A stretch of 64,000 nucleotides of DNA from Pelomyxa schiedti (lineage: Eukaryota > Protista > Evosea), in NCBI GenBank assembly GCA_020536535.1, contig JAHLWZ010000530.1:124001-188000 (forward strand). Direction: 5' to 3'. Below the pieces are notes generated by a model that made no database searches, was not told the origin of the DNA, and was given only the letters and a program-made list of their open reading frames with translations. Made by a program: the position numbers and the translations under genes. How positions within the stretch are numbered: the first letter of the stretch is position 1; each line of letters begins with the position of its first letter. Shown here one piece after another: positions 49,461 to 61,529 of the stretch.

Positions 49461-51110
49461 TTACCAGGTATAAACCCAGGAATAGCTGGTAACATTGGAA
49501 GCCATAGGTGAGCCATTCAGTGTACCTCCTGATTCTATCATGCACTTAATTCCGGAGGCATCATACATTTCACCATTCCTCCATACTGTTTTTGTGTTCA
49601 TAATAAACAAAATCTAGGGGGACTGTGCACACCAAGTCTGAATCCGTCACTGAACATGATTGGGTCCGATTCATGGAATCTGTATGCGGACCACTGTGCT
49701 AAGTCATTGTCATTTCCGTTGTGTGTGTATCCACTGACGGGCATGTCTGGTTCCGTAAATTAAGCACAAAGGGAATTGGTATCGGCGTATTGGTTGGAAT
49801 TTCGTACGGAATTCTCCTGCATTGAAGTACCACCCGCTATCATAATAGTCTTCAGTTCCAGTACTAAGCACAATGCCTGACATTGTGAATCAAAATGCAG
49901 TGGGTATGAAGTTACCTGGGAACTTGGTGTAAGTATTTGTGTACATATGGAAGCAGCCTTCTAAGAAGCTAAACAGGGATTAGAACAATGAAGTCTTTTC
50001 GACTGAAACACACTTCCAATTGCCACTTTCAACCATGAGAGTAGACATAAAGTGCATGCCATTCCCTGAGGGCACATTGACCTAAACCTTGTTGTTTGGT
50101 GGATGGGCTAAAAAAGAAAAAAAAACCATTTCCACGAAGTCCAGAGCATCATAGGTTCCTTCTACAATAAACTGACGGAGTCTAGAGGTCTGTGGGAGCT
50201 GGACACCGAGGAAGTTGAGAGGAATATCTAGCTAGGGTTAAAAGAAAGGATCCTCTCACGAAGTTGGCACACACTTGCACCACCACGAACAATCATGTAG
50301 AGACTCCAGCAAGTATTTGGGTGTTGTATTGTTACTCGGATGCTAGATGAAAAAGGAACCCGGAAATTCCAGAACCAGGCAGCATCGAGAGCTCCTTTGC
50401 CAAACCTGAATGAGTGTAAACTCTCATTTTTTGGAAGGAAAGAGGAAAGTAACCAAATAGTTCCCCAAGGTGCTTGCTGAAATTACATATTAGTAATTCA
50501 AATATCTAAATGTTTTGCGGCATACGGAGTCATCAAATCCAACACCACAAGCCATTGCCGGTGAAAAAGCAATACTGGCTTCTTCCTCTTCATCTACATA
50601 ATAGCGCACCTGTGCTTTGCGTTAGTTAAAGAGTACCCCCTCTATTGAAATACAATGAGATCTTTTTCGTTCCCGTCTGGCTAAAAGTGTGTTAGCATTA
50701 ATTGTTTGGTGGGGTGTTACAATTGTCATCCAAAAGTGTGTCATTGCCCCGTATTGCCCTGCATCGTGTGAGGGGATTGTCAATGTGAAAACGAAGAACC
50801 AGAAGCAAGCCAATGCTGATAGAGAGTGGTTTCAGTTGGTGTTACAACACCCTGAGAATAGCCAAAACCAAATGTCAAATCGTTCACTGAAGGGTCATCA
50901 CATCTAATGAAATAAGAGGAAGAATTTGATAAGAGTGAATGATTACTTGCAAAGCCTTTGCACAGTTGGATAGGATGCACCGCAGTACACTCCTCCAGGT
51001 ACATCAACATACCCGAGGCACTGATAGTAGTTGCTAATCAAAGGGGTGAGAGGAAAAAAACCTTTTTGTAATCAAGTGACTTGGGGTCCGAAACATAGTT
51101 TGGTTGGTCA
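49461..51110 (-). CDS. DUF2961 / GH172-like glycoside hydrolase, highly intron-fragmented (mostly missed by the ORF track)
   Basis: Spliced reading gives [97 protein letters not shown]. 5' end uncertain. Confidence 0.75.
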
Positions 51111-51652
51111 GAGCTTGTATACTTTTCACCTGTGGCAGCTGTCCTACAATTTATCCCCAACTTCAAGTAAAAAAGAAAAAGTAAATGTGGGATGCCAGGA
51201 GACTGGAAAAAATAAACAGAGGGAGCAAAGCCAACCTGCGTGAAAAGGTCGACTGTGTTGTTGGTTTCAATTTGTGGATTGCAATTCTTCTTGATAGAGT
51301 GGCAAAAGTCGGTGCACGATTGTCCCTGGTTGCTCTGCCCAAGAACTCCCCATTAGATAGGACTTTAATTTTTCATTTCAACAGCGCTACCATGTAGTAG
51401 GTAGATTCAGCAATGGAGTACATCCCAAAACACATAACCACCCAACCAACAACCCCTAGGTGCCCAGCCATGATTTTTTTTTAAAGTTTCGTTGTGTAAA
51501 CGGCCGGTGGTGCCTCTTACCAGAAAGCTGGATGGACTTCGAAGACCAGAAACTGATGAATGGGTGGTTTTGGATTTGGCATCAGGAGGGAGGAATCCGA
51601 CCGCTGGGGAATGTCGTTAAAACGGAAAGCAATTTTTGGCCTTGGGCTTGAA

Positions 51653-51855
51653 TAAAAGTGGGAAAAAGTGCTTGGCCTTGGGCTTGAGACTTGAGAGGAG
51701 GAGTGTAAGGCGGAAGTAACAAAATCGTGGCACCTAATTACAAAGGGGAAAATTAGGCACAAGATTAGAACTGGAAATTACCTTGGACTTCTTGCTTGAC
51801 CTCTTGAAATCGAGACAAAGTTGTAAAAGTGGGAAAAAGTGCTTGGCCTTGGGCT
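51653..51855. repeat. 32-bp direct repeat, 2 copies (51653-51684 and 51824-51855)
   Basis: taaaagtgggaaaaagtgcttggccttgggct occurs twice; a partial ttggccttgggcttga lies just upstream. Confidence 0.8.
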
Positions 51856-54547
51856 CGAAAGTTGTAATTACACAAATGCTAGATCAAGCAGGGTATGCAG
51901 TTTCCAGCGGTGGTAGAAAGGATACTAGGTAGCTCCATTCAGTTGGCAGCAAACAGCTACGAGATTAGTTATTAGTGCATTGCCATGAGCGATTAATTGC
52001 AAAACGAAATACCATGAAAAAAAACCCACAACAAAAAACAAGTGGTAAGTACGGCTGTAATACCTGTGTTTTGTTGCTGGTACCGGTGGCTGGTTTTTGA
52101 TTTTCTGACTCGATTTGTTTGTTTTACAAAATAATGCGGATCTGGATCCCAGAGAATTAAAAGGCGCGAAACAGTAATTAAAAAGCAACTGTGCAGTTGA
52201 GCTATTTTAATTTTTGGTAATTCTACGATGGTGCGTACTCAATGCCGTGCCGACGTACAACGAAATAAACCTGATGTTGCGCACATTGTTGGTGCCGGCG
52301 AATTCGAAGTAGTTGGATCTTGTGCCAATATTCACAGTCGCAGTGTTGAGGAGGTTCAGAAGTTTGGTCGAAGGCTGGAGAACTGGGGAGCCTTTTTGGT
52401 TTTTTTTGGGAGGATCACGCTCGACCTGTTCCTCAGTACTTATTTTTTGCACCTCGTCTCTACTGCCCCAATAATCATCACTCGTTTGGTATGTGCTCAT
52501 GGCGCAGTGCGAATTTTGGGACTGCCCAAACTTTTTCGGTGTGCACACGATCAAAAAACGAGCGTTTTTCTGGGAAAACAGTGTGCACACAGTTTGCAGC
52601 ACGCCAACGGCCAACAGACACACCAATGTGCTTCCCACCCCAAAAAAATCAGGCACAGCCTGGACCATTTTTTTGTTTTTGTCGATTTGGGTCCGATCGG
52701 ACTTTCTACACTCTTTCACGCGCGAGATGGTTCGGTCCTGAATGCTTTGTGATGTTGTTCAGGACCGTGTGTGTTTGAGTGCATTTTCTTATACTAGGGC
52801 TTGTTTCTGCTAAAAGTGAAAGACATCCGATTCTCAAACACCGGATTTGGGGTGGGATCCCTTTTCTCGGCGGGCTCTGTATCTGGTTTGGTAGGTTGTT
52901 TGGGAGGGCAGTTGGGTTGTTTGAGAGTGTTGTTGTTTCTTCCTTTTTTTCTGCGTGGGTGTTTCTGGCTGCTGATTGTCAGGCTGCAAATGTGAAGATG
53001 GTGGGGAATATCCCTGAGGGTGGTGAAGGGATTGAACTCCTACTTGTGGAGTGGGAAGCTGTTCCATGAGAGACAGAGGTGGTGGTGTTTGGGGAATGGA
53101 TTGTGGTGGAGTTGGAGGAGGAGGAACAGGCAGTGGTGGAGGAATAGGCTGTTGTTGTGTTTGAGCTGGGGTTGTTGAAAGGGTTTCACTATGGAAATCT
53201 AGTGTTTCTTGTGGCACAGGAACATCTGTACTTGAAGGTGGAGGACGCTGTGCAGATGAATAAATAGGACATTGTAGAGAGAGACACTGTGAGGGAACAA
53301 TGAAAAAAAACATTGTTATTGCTGAAAGTGGTAACACTGTGTGATTCTGGTGGATATCAGTCTGCCATGGATCAGGAGGCTGTTGAGACATTGGTTGCAG
53401 TCCAAACTCTTGATTAACAGTGTCTGTTAACACCAGAGCATGAGGTAGATTGACAGAGATCTCCTGTCGTGTCCTTGAATTTGGGTGTGCATGCCATTGC
53501 TCAGAGAGGGTCAATTTTTCTTTACTAGCTTTCTTTTTAGCAAGTTGGAACTGTTCCAGAGAATACTGAGTTGAACTCTGGTGTATAAGATCACACAAGG
53601 TAACAAGTTCCTCAAAGCAGTCTGGCTTCGCGGTGTTTGTCTTTTCAGGGTTTTGTTAGCTTCTGTGGGCTCGAGAATAAGTCCCACAGAGGAAGAAAAC
53701 GAGTGAGAGTGAAGAGAATAAAGGGTTCTCTTGTTTGTTCTCGTCGTTGTTGTAAGGGGATAAAAAGGGAGTGTGTAAAATCTCGCAGAGCGGTTGTGCG
53801 ATTGGGTTAAAAGACCACGATGTTCAAATGGATTCTCGGACAAGTGTGCATGTAATCAAAACCGCCTGCCACGTTGTTGTTGCTGTATTTGTGCGCCCAG
53901 CTGCGCTGTGCGCTGATCATTACCTTCGCTGTCTCATTCTGGTAATAGTCCAGATTCGGCTCAGTCCTCAGTCTCTCCAATCATCCCGCTAAAGTGCGCC
54001 AGACTTCAGAGCCTCGCGAGCAAGGCCGAGTTCGTGTACTTTGTGGAAGTACACAGAATCAAAGTGTGCCCACTTCAATCCACGTGTGCCTTTTTCATGA
54101 TGAAGAGGTTTTGAAGAGGTATACATACACCTGTATGGAACATGTTGTTTTTTTCTCTTTCCAGTTGCAAAGAAGGAACAAAATGTATGCTGTTTGGTGT
54201 TGCTTGTGACTTGTTGGTAGCAGAGGGTGGAGGATTTGTTCAAAAGAGTATGATGTACAATGGGGGGCACATACATCACCCTGTTAGTCAAAAGTACCCC
54301 AGGAAAAGATATAAGATGAAAATTACACACTGCCTGGGTTTGCAGGCAATCCATCCCGTTGCCAAAGCAGTCTCAGACAACAAACCCTCCTTGGGTCGTG
54401 GACCTCACACCTTCCTCCAATCCTGTTGAGAGAAAAAAATGGGAATTTTTCAAAGTGTGTGACACATACATCATGGGTTTTCAATGAAGGGCTACAACTT
54501 GGCTGTGTTGTGTTTGAAAAAAAATTTCAAAGTGACTTATTATTTTA

Positions 54548-56701
54548 TTAACTGTCAGTTGTGTTTTGATGAGGGAACTCAGAGTCCTTGCCATGCTTTC
54601 CACAGGTGTTGTCATGTGACCACTCACCTTGGTACGTGTTCCCATTGGCATACTTGCACACACCATAGCCCTCCCTCACATTGTTGAGCCAGTGGCCAGA
54701 GTACTCGCTCCCATCAGGCCACTTGTACACCCCTGTGCCCTCCCTCTTGTCCTTCCTCCAGTCACCATGATACACATGCCCGTTGGTGTATTTGCACACA
54801 CCCTTTCCCTCCCTCTGGTCAGCGACCATGTCACCATTGTACACTCCGCGGCCGAGATAGGTGTACTCCCCTTTGCCATCCATCTTGTCATTCTTCCAGT
54901 CACCTGTGTACTTGTTCCCATTCGCGTAGTTGCACGTTCCACGGCCCTCTCTGCGGTTATCCACCCAGTCTCCTTCGTACACTGCTCCATCACCCCACTT
55001 GAATGTGCCCTTGCCATACCACGCATCGTTCTTCCACTCGCCATCATACACTGACCCGCTGATGTACTTGCACACGCCCTTGCCCTCCCTCTTGTTGTTC
55101 TTCATCTCACCCTCGTACACATCACCGTGGCTGTACCTGTATGTGCCGTTCCCTTCCATGGTGTCATTGGTCCAGGTACCTTCATAAACATTGCCATTGA
55201 AGAAGTTGCACACGCCAAATCCCTCCCTCATGCTGTTTATCCACTCGCCTTCATACACATTGCCATCTGGCCACTTGTACACCCCATTCCCGTGCCACAG
55301 GTCATCCTTCCAGTCACCGTCATACAAGTGGCCATTGGCGTACCTCCCAACGCCCTTCCCGTTCCTCTTGTCGTCCTTCCACATGCCCTCATAGGTGTCA
55401 CCATTCAAGTACTTGCAGACGCCATTCCCCTCCCTGTGGTCATCCTTCAGCTCCCCCTCATACACGGCGCCATTAGAATACCTGTAGATTCCCTTCCCCT
55501 CCATCTTGTCATTCCTCCACTCGCCATCATACTCGTTCCCATTCGCAAACAGGCACACGCCTCGGCCGTGCCTCCCATTCGCAACCCACTCTCCATCGTA
55601 CACATTCCCATCAGGCCAAGCAAACACGCCATTTCCCACCCTGAGGTCTCCCTTCCAGTCGCCATCATAGGAGCACCCGGTGGAGTAGGTGCACCTGCCC
55701 TTCCCGTCCCTCAGCGCCCCCTTCCACTCCCCGTCGTACACGTCTCCTCCCTTGTAAGTGTACACTCCCCTCCCGTTCATTGTGTCATTCTCCCAGTTCC
55801 CATCATACACGGTCCCATCAGAGTACTTGCACACCCCGTGGCCCACCCTCACTCCATCGACCCAGTGGCCCTCGTACACGTGGCCTGGTGGTGATGATGA
55901 CACTCCACCTTTGCCTCCTTTGCGGCCTGCACCCCACTTTAGTACGCCTATGCCGTTCCACTTGTCGTTGCTCCACTCGCCATCATACACGTCTCCCCCG
56001 GCGTACCTGCACACGCCCTTGCCCTCCCTCTTGTCGTCCCTGAACTCGCCCTCATACACACTCACACACTCTCTCTCTTCCTCCTCCTCTTCCTCATTCC
56101 CATTCTCATGACCATCACCACCATGATCCTTGTCTTTCTTCTCCTCACTCCCCTTTCCCACTTCCTCTTCATCTGACCCTGATGATGATGATGAAGATGA
56201 GCAGGACGATGACGATGATTTGGGGGTCGAGAATGATGACGACGACGAGGAGGAGGAGGTGATGCCGCCTTCGTGGAAGTAGTAGTACACGCCCGTGCCG
56301 TGCATCTTGTCGGCGACCCAGGCGCCGTCGTACTCGTTGCCGTTGGCGTAGAGGCACCTGCCGCGGCCGTGGCGCAGGCCGTGGGCCCAGTCGCCGTCGT
56401 ACACCGCGCCGTCGTCCCACGTGAAGGCGCCCTTGCCGTGGTACTCCCCGGTGGCCGGGTCCCTGTCCCCAGAGTACGCCGCGGCGCTGGTCCGCGTCCG
56501 CTTCCTCGTCTTCGTCTTGGTAGTCGCCGGCGCCGGCGCCGTGGCGCCACCACTCCCCTGCGTGGTTGCCATTTCTGGTGTTGTTGGTGTTGTTGGTGTT
56601 GCTGACGGAGGCGAGGCCGCATCGGGTTGTGGTTGATCATCAACCGCGCTCTTGTCGTTGGTGAGGCCTTCTTTGACGTTGTTGGTGTCGTTGCTGCTCA
56701 T
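54548..56701 (-). CDS. MORN-repeat protein (>20 repeats)
   Basis: Tandem 23-aa YxGxWxxxxxxGxGxxxyxxG units with an acidic/Ser-rich insert; likely start MSSNDTNN at 56701. Confidence 0.95.
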   Translation of the reverse strand: MSSNDTNNVKEGLTNDKSAVDDQPQPDAASPPSATPTTPTTPEMATTQGSGGATAPAPATTKTKTRKRTRTSAAAYSGDRDPATGEYHGKGAFTWDDGAVYDGDWAHGLRHGRGRCLYANGNEYDGAWVADKMHGTGVYYYFHEGGITSSSSSSSSFSTPKSSSSSCSSSSSSSGSDEEEVGKGSEEKKDKDHGGDGHENGNEEEEEEERECVSVYEGEFRDDKREGKGVCRYAGGDVYDGEWSNDKWNGIGVLKWGAGRKGGKGGVSSSPPGHVYEGHWVDGVRVGHGVCKYSDGTVYDGNWENDTMNGRGVYTYKGGDVYDGEWKGALRDGKGRCTYSTGCSYDGDWKGDLRVGNGVFAWPDGNVYDGEWVANGRHGRGVCLFANGNEYDGEWRNDKMEGKGIYRYSNGAVYEGELKDDHREGNGVCKYLNGDTYEGMWKDDKRNGKGVGRYANGHLYDGDWKDDLWHGNGVYKWPDGNVYEGEWINSMREGFGVCNFFNGNVYEGTWTNDTMEGNGTYRYSHGDVYEGEMKNNKREGKGVCKYISGSVYDGEWKNDAWYGKGTFKWGDGAVYEGDWVDNRREGRGTCNYANGNKYTGDWKNDKMDGKGEYTYLGRGVYNGDMVADQREGKGVCKYTNGHVYHGDWRKDKREGTGVYKWPDGSEYSGHWLNNVREGYGVCKYANGNTYQGEWSHDNTCGKHGKDSEFPHQNTTDS

Positions 56702-57479
56702 TTTTTTGTTTGAAACTTTCTTTGATTGATCCCAACTTAGAAGGAAAAATCTGTGCGGGGAAACCAAGAGTTGGGAGCTTCCAAAGAGGGATGCACGTGG
56801 CGCCTGGGAATTCATTCTCATTGACCAAAGTTCTTCATCAGAGCTTCGGACCAACCGTCCCAGACTCTGATGGTGCAAAAAAACAAACAAAAGCAAGACG
56901 TCGTTCTTTTCGGCGCTTGGTTGGGGGACAGCGGGGCGGGTTGGGCCGTGGGCGTGGTTCTGGGCCGCGTTTGGCGGCGAGTCCGACAAACTGGCCGTCC
57001 TGCTGGAACGGGACTCAGGCCTCATCGATTCGGTGAACGACGGGAATCAAAAAGTGGTGCGTGCGTGTGCCATGTGGGTCTGTGCACCGTTGTGTTTTGC
57101 TTAAGCTTATTTATGAATATGAACTGAACACTCACTAAAATTGGTAAATGGCAGTAGAACTTTACTTACTTGCGTTTTTTTACAAACTAAACGACCAGAC
57201 TGCATTGCATGCGGCTGTGTGCGGTGCGTCGAGTTTCTGTTGTCGGCGCACATCAAAGTCGGTGCCCAGGTTTGTTGTGTTCTCTCCGGCTCATCACTAA
57301 ACAATGGTATCATCACACAGATTGTGTGTACAAATCCCCGATATGTGTTCTCGTTTACTCTCCACTTTGACATTCACATTCATCTTCTTAAATGAAAAAC
57401 TAAAACCCAAATCCCTCCCTGTGCCATCCCCAGGGTAAAAATGTAAGTATACTACTATCTTCCGCTCAGATCTATTTTT

Positions 57480-58265
57480 TCATGATTTTCCCTCTCTTGC
57501 TTGGGCCTTGGTGCGCTTTCAGGGAGAGGTAACTGCCCCAGACAACCATATTTTTGCATGATTCACCAATTTCTCACTCTCTTTCAGGTTAATGGAGTAT
57601 GTTTGTTCTCCACCATCTGAATTATTCATAAATTTCTCACTCACTTCAATTTCCCTTATACTCTGGCCTTGGTGGGCTTTTAGATTGTGTGTACCTGCCC
57701 GCACCCTATTTCGCATGCAAATTCGTCAATTTCACCAATTTCCCTCTTTTGCCTTGGTGCGCTTTTAGTATGTGCGTGTTCCTGCCCCATCTTGTATTGC
57801 ACGATTCATCAATTTCTCACTTTTGCTTTCAGGGAGTATGTTAACTGCCCCCAACCCTATTTTGCCTGATTGGCCAATTTCTCACTTGCTTTAATTTCCC
57901 TCTTTCATGTTCAGGGAGTATGTCACTGCACCCCAACCCTATTTTGCATTGTTTGATCACTTTTCTTTCTCTCTTTTGCTTTTCCTTGGCCCGCTTTTAG
58001 CTTGTGTGTGATAGGCCAAACCTATGTTGCCTAATTCGAAAATTTTTCAGGGAGTATGTTTCTGCTGCCCCTATTTCACTTTATTAGAAGTAGTTTTTCG
58101 CTAACTGCGATTTCTCTCTTGTACTTTCCCTTGGTGCGCTTTTAGTATGTGTGTAACTGATCACAATCCTATTTCGCCAATTTCTCACTCACTTCAATTT
58201 CTCTCTTTCGCGTTCAGGGAGTATGTATACACTTCCCCTCAGCCCTATTTTGCCTGATTCATCAT
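57480..58265. repeat. Degenerate minisatellite array (~60-90 bp units, roughly 10 copies)
   Basis: Recurring blocks ttggtgcgctttt, ttcagggagtatg, aactgcccc..ccctatttt(g)c and ccaatttctcact. Confidence 0.7.
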
Positions 58266-58498
58266 TTTGGATATATTATAATCTGTATGATCTGCATGAT
58301 CCCACGGATTGTATGCACTTTCGAGCATGTTCATTTTACTTACTTTTGAACTTGCGCAGGAAGTATGAGTTTCTTTTATTGATGCCTTGACTTATTTGTT
58401 TTCTTGGGTGCTCTCTTTTTTTATCCAAAGGGTGACGTACGTATCCAATTACTTTTTTGTATGCGTTGGCAACTAACAGTAATTTTCATCTCTGTCAG

Positions 58499-61436
58499 AC
58501 CGCACTTCACCTTGCCTGCAGAAACGGAAAGGTACAAATTGTGAGACAAATTCTCTCATCTGCGGGTGTTGACACTCACATCAAGGTTTCTTTCCCCCCT
58601 TTGACTGTGTGTGGGTTCTGTGCTTTAATTTTCCTGTGTACTTCTGCCAGAACAAGGATGGAGAAACAGCACTCGAGTGCTCGACAAGTGATGAAGTCCG
58701 GCAACTATTCCAAGCCATGTGTCCAGCCACACCAACAACAATAGCGCGGACAGTCTCCACTCCCAAGACACCACAACAGCAACAGCCCCCACAACCACAA
58801 CCACCCTCCGCTGCAAACAAGCCACCATCATCTTCATCATACAACTCCCCACAACCAACAATGACGGCGACAAAACCAACAACAACACCAAACACAATCA
58901 GGACTAGCCAGGTGATCTCCAAAGCTCTTGAGGGAGGTTATGATGCCGGCAGCAGCAGCAACAACGTTGTTGAGAAACGAGAAAGAGACTTCTGGGAAAT
59001 GACGGCAAAGCAGAAGAGTGAGAGAAACTCCCCCCTCTTTAAGTCAAACTGCACTCCTCACACTTTGTGTTAAGATGACGAGATCACGGAACTGAAGGCG
59101 CGAATCACACAATTGGAGGATCTTCTCCATGATGAAAGGAAATGCAGACAAGTCGAGGAACAAACATACAATGAAATGAAACAATTCTATGAAGATGAAA
59201 GTGCAAAGACCCTGAAAACCTTTTGCGATGAAAGAGCATATGACCAACAAAGATTTGTTGATCTCCAACACTGTTTGTGCCTCCACTCAACACCCCTTTT
59301 CTCAATAGACTACATTTTTTTTTACCATTCTGAGTGCCGAACAGACATTGAAAGCATGAATCACGTGACGTCACATTTTAAACACGGAGAAGGCGGCACC
59401 TGGTGCAACATTCTTCCTGAAAACAACAACAGCTGCAAACGGTCACAAATCAGCATTGCTTTTGAGAACCTTTCCCCTTTTAATGAAATTGTGTGCAGTT
59501 TCTGCCCTCTTCAAATGGTGCTTTCCTCGTTCTCTCACTTTCTGAAAGTCAACAAACGCACACAGGTTGTGAACTTCATAATTTCAAGGAAGTTTGGAGT
59601 CGAACCGACTCAGCAAGTCATTTTCACTGTGGGTACAGATAACTCGGAGGAACTGTTGACAGATTCATCCAGAACCTTGGATGACAGACAACAACAGCAA
59701 CAAGGCAGCGCAGTTGTTGTGTCAATCAAGGTGCGAATCAAACCAATCACATTAATACAAGAGAAAGACCTGAAAGTTGTTTCAACACTTGGAGTTGGAT
59801 CTTATGGAACCGTTTTCAAGTACACCTTCCTCCACAACACCGCCGCCACTTCCTCCTCCTCATCGGAACCAACAACAACAACATTCGTTGCAGTGAAAGC
59901 ACTTCATGAAGTCATTCGGAGTGATTTCAACATCACCCAATTTCAGCAGGAAGCTGTGGTGAGTGAGTGAGTGAGAGAGAAACCTTAAACAACCAATCAA
60001 ACAAAAATAGATGACTCACCATACTGTAATCCAGATTTCGTCAAGTTTGAGGCACCCCAACATCGTGAGATGCCTTGGAACGTGCACAACAAGCACTGGG
60101 TCACTCTTGATTGTCTCTGAGCTCATGGAAATGAACCTGACGCAGCTCCTCCATCATGTTCCTCCTTCTTTCACAATCTTGGGGAATTAATTGTTGGTGC
60201 CTTTGCAGAAAAGTTTGATGTTCACAGAAATTGTTGCAGTCTCTTCAGGAATTTCCAAAGGGATGGCTGCACTTCACTTGTTTGTTTTCTTTCCCCTGAT
60301 AAGTTTCACAAATGCATGAACTCATGGAAACACAGGAGGAATTACATGCACCGGGACCTGACATGCAACAACGTTCTCATTGATTCTCATGGAACTCCGA
60401 AAATCGCTGATTTTGGTATCCTCCTCTTTCCTCTTCAATATAAATAGGTTCATGAAATGACTGACATGTTCACAGGAGTGTCAAGAGCTCTCCCAAGTTA
60501 CGCTGAGTCTTATGGTGGTGGCCACCGCATCACCCCAGCTGTTAGTTTTACAAACGGGGCCGGCACACTAAATTATCTGCCACCACAGATGCACACCCGT
60601 CACTACGGACTCAAAGGGGTGTGTCTGTCTCTGTTTTCTCTCATGGTGGCACCAATTCTGACCAAACAACACAATGCCTGCCACAGGTGACATGTGGGAG
60701 TTTGCAGTCTTGTTGGGTGTGCTTCTCGATGTGCCAATACCACAAGTGCGCGAACCGAAGTCCGCGAACGAAATAACCGAGTTTTTGGCGGTCCAACGAG
60801 CTTCACTCTCCTCATCCGAAGTTGCCGGTTCGTTTGTTAACTCGAATGAATCATTTATGTATTGGCCGATAACTTACATGCACACACAGAATTGAACCGG
60901 CTTTGCCAAAGTGACCCTGGAGAACTTATTGTTGTGGGATGCCTCAGCCGGAGGAATGCCGTCATTTCTTCCTTGCGTTCTGATCCCCGGATGGGCAACG
61001 TGCACCCTGCATGCGTTGGTCTGTTCTCACTCGTTGTCGAGTCGTGACTCTCGATCCTTGGTTCGTTTCTTCCCCCACCCACAAGCTCCAACTCATCACA
61101 CACACAGAGAGCAACCGGCCGGCAATCGAGAGAATGCTGATGACATGTGCCGGCATCCTGTTTGAAGGTTCCACAACAACAACCAACAACAACAGCATAA
61201 GCAACGATGACGCCATTGTTGTTGCAACAACCACGCAATCGGCATCCGCAGCGGCCACGGCACCCTCCACAACAACAACAACAACGACGAGTGACAACCG
61301 CGAGTTGGCGGCACGCATCGCGGGGTGCCTCGCGGAAATGGCGGCGCAGAGCTTCCCTTGCCATCTCAATCCATCATCAACCACAACAACATCACCAGTA
61401 ACTGCTTCTGCTGCATCATCTTTCTTTTCATCATGA
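58499..61436 (+). CDS. Ankyrin + coiled coil + ubiquitin-like segment + TKL-group kinase (5' exons unresolved, possibly from ~57100)
   Basis: TALHLACRNG, NKDGETAL; LGVGSYGTV, VAVK, LRHPNIV, MHRDLTCNNVL, KIADFG, GTLNYLPPQ, GDMWEF. Confidence 0.8.
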
Positions 61437-61529
61437 CGACCAGACAGCCACCATGGCACCATCTCAACGAAAGCACAACCAATCAAATCAATGATTGCAA
61501 GTTTTTATTTTTTTCGTCGACGAAACATC

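Noticed and set aside
52207-54430. Possible genes or transposon remnants (ORFs 52207-52719, 52834-53598)
   Set aside because: Low-complexity or unrecognisable translations; no transposase motifs or terminal repeats seen.
54629-56643. Many overlapping ORFs in the MORN gene
   Set aside because: Shadow frames of a repetitive GC-rich coding sequence.
57480-58265. CRISPR-like array
   Set aside because: Units are degenerate along their whole length with no unique spacers; eukaryotic context and no cas genes.
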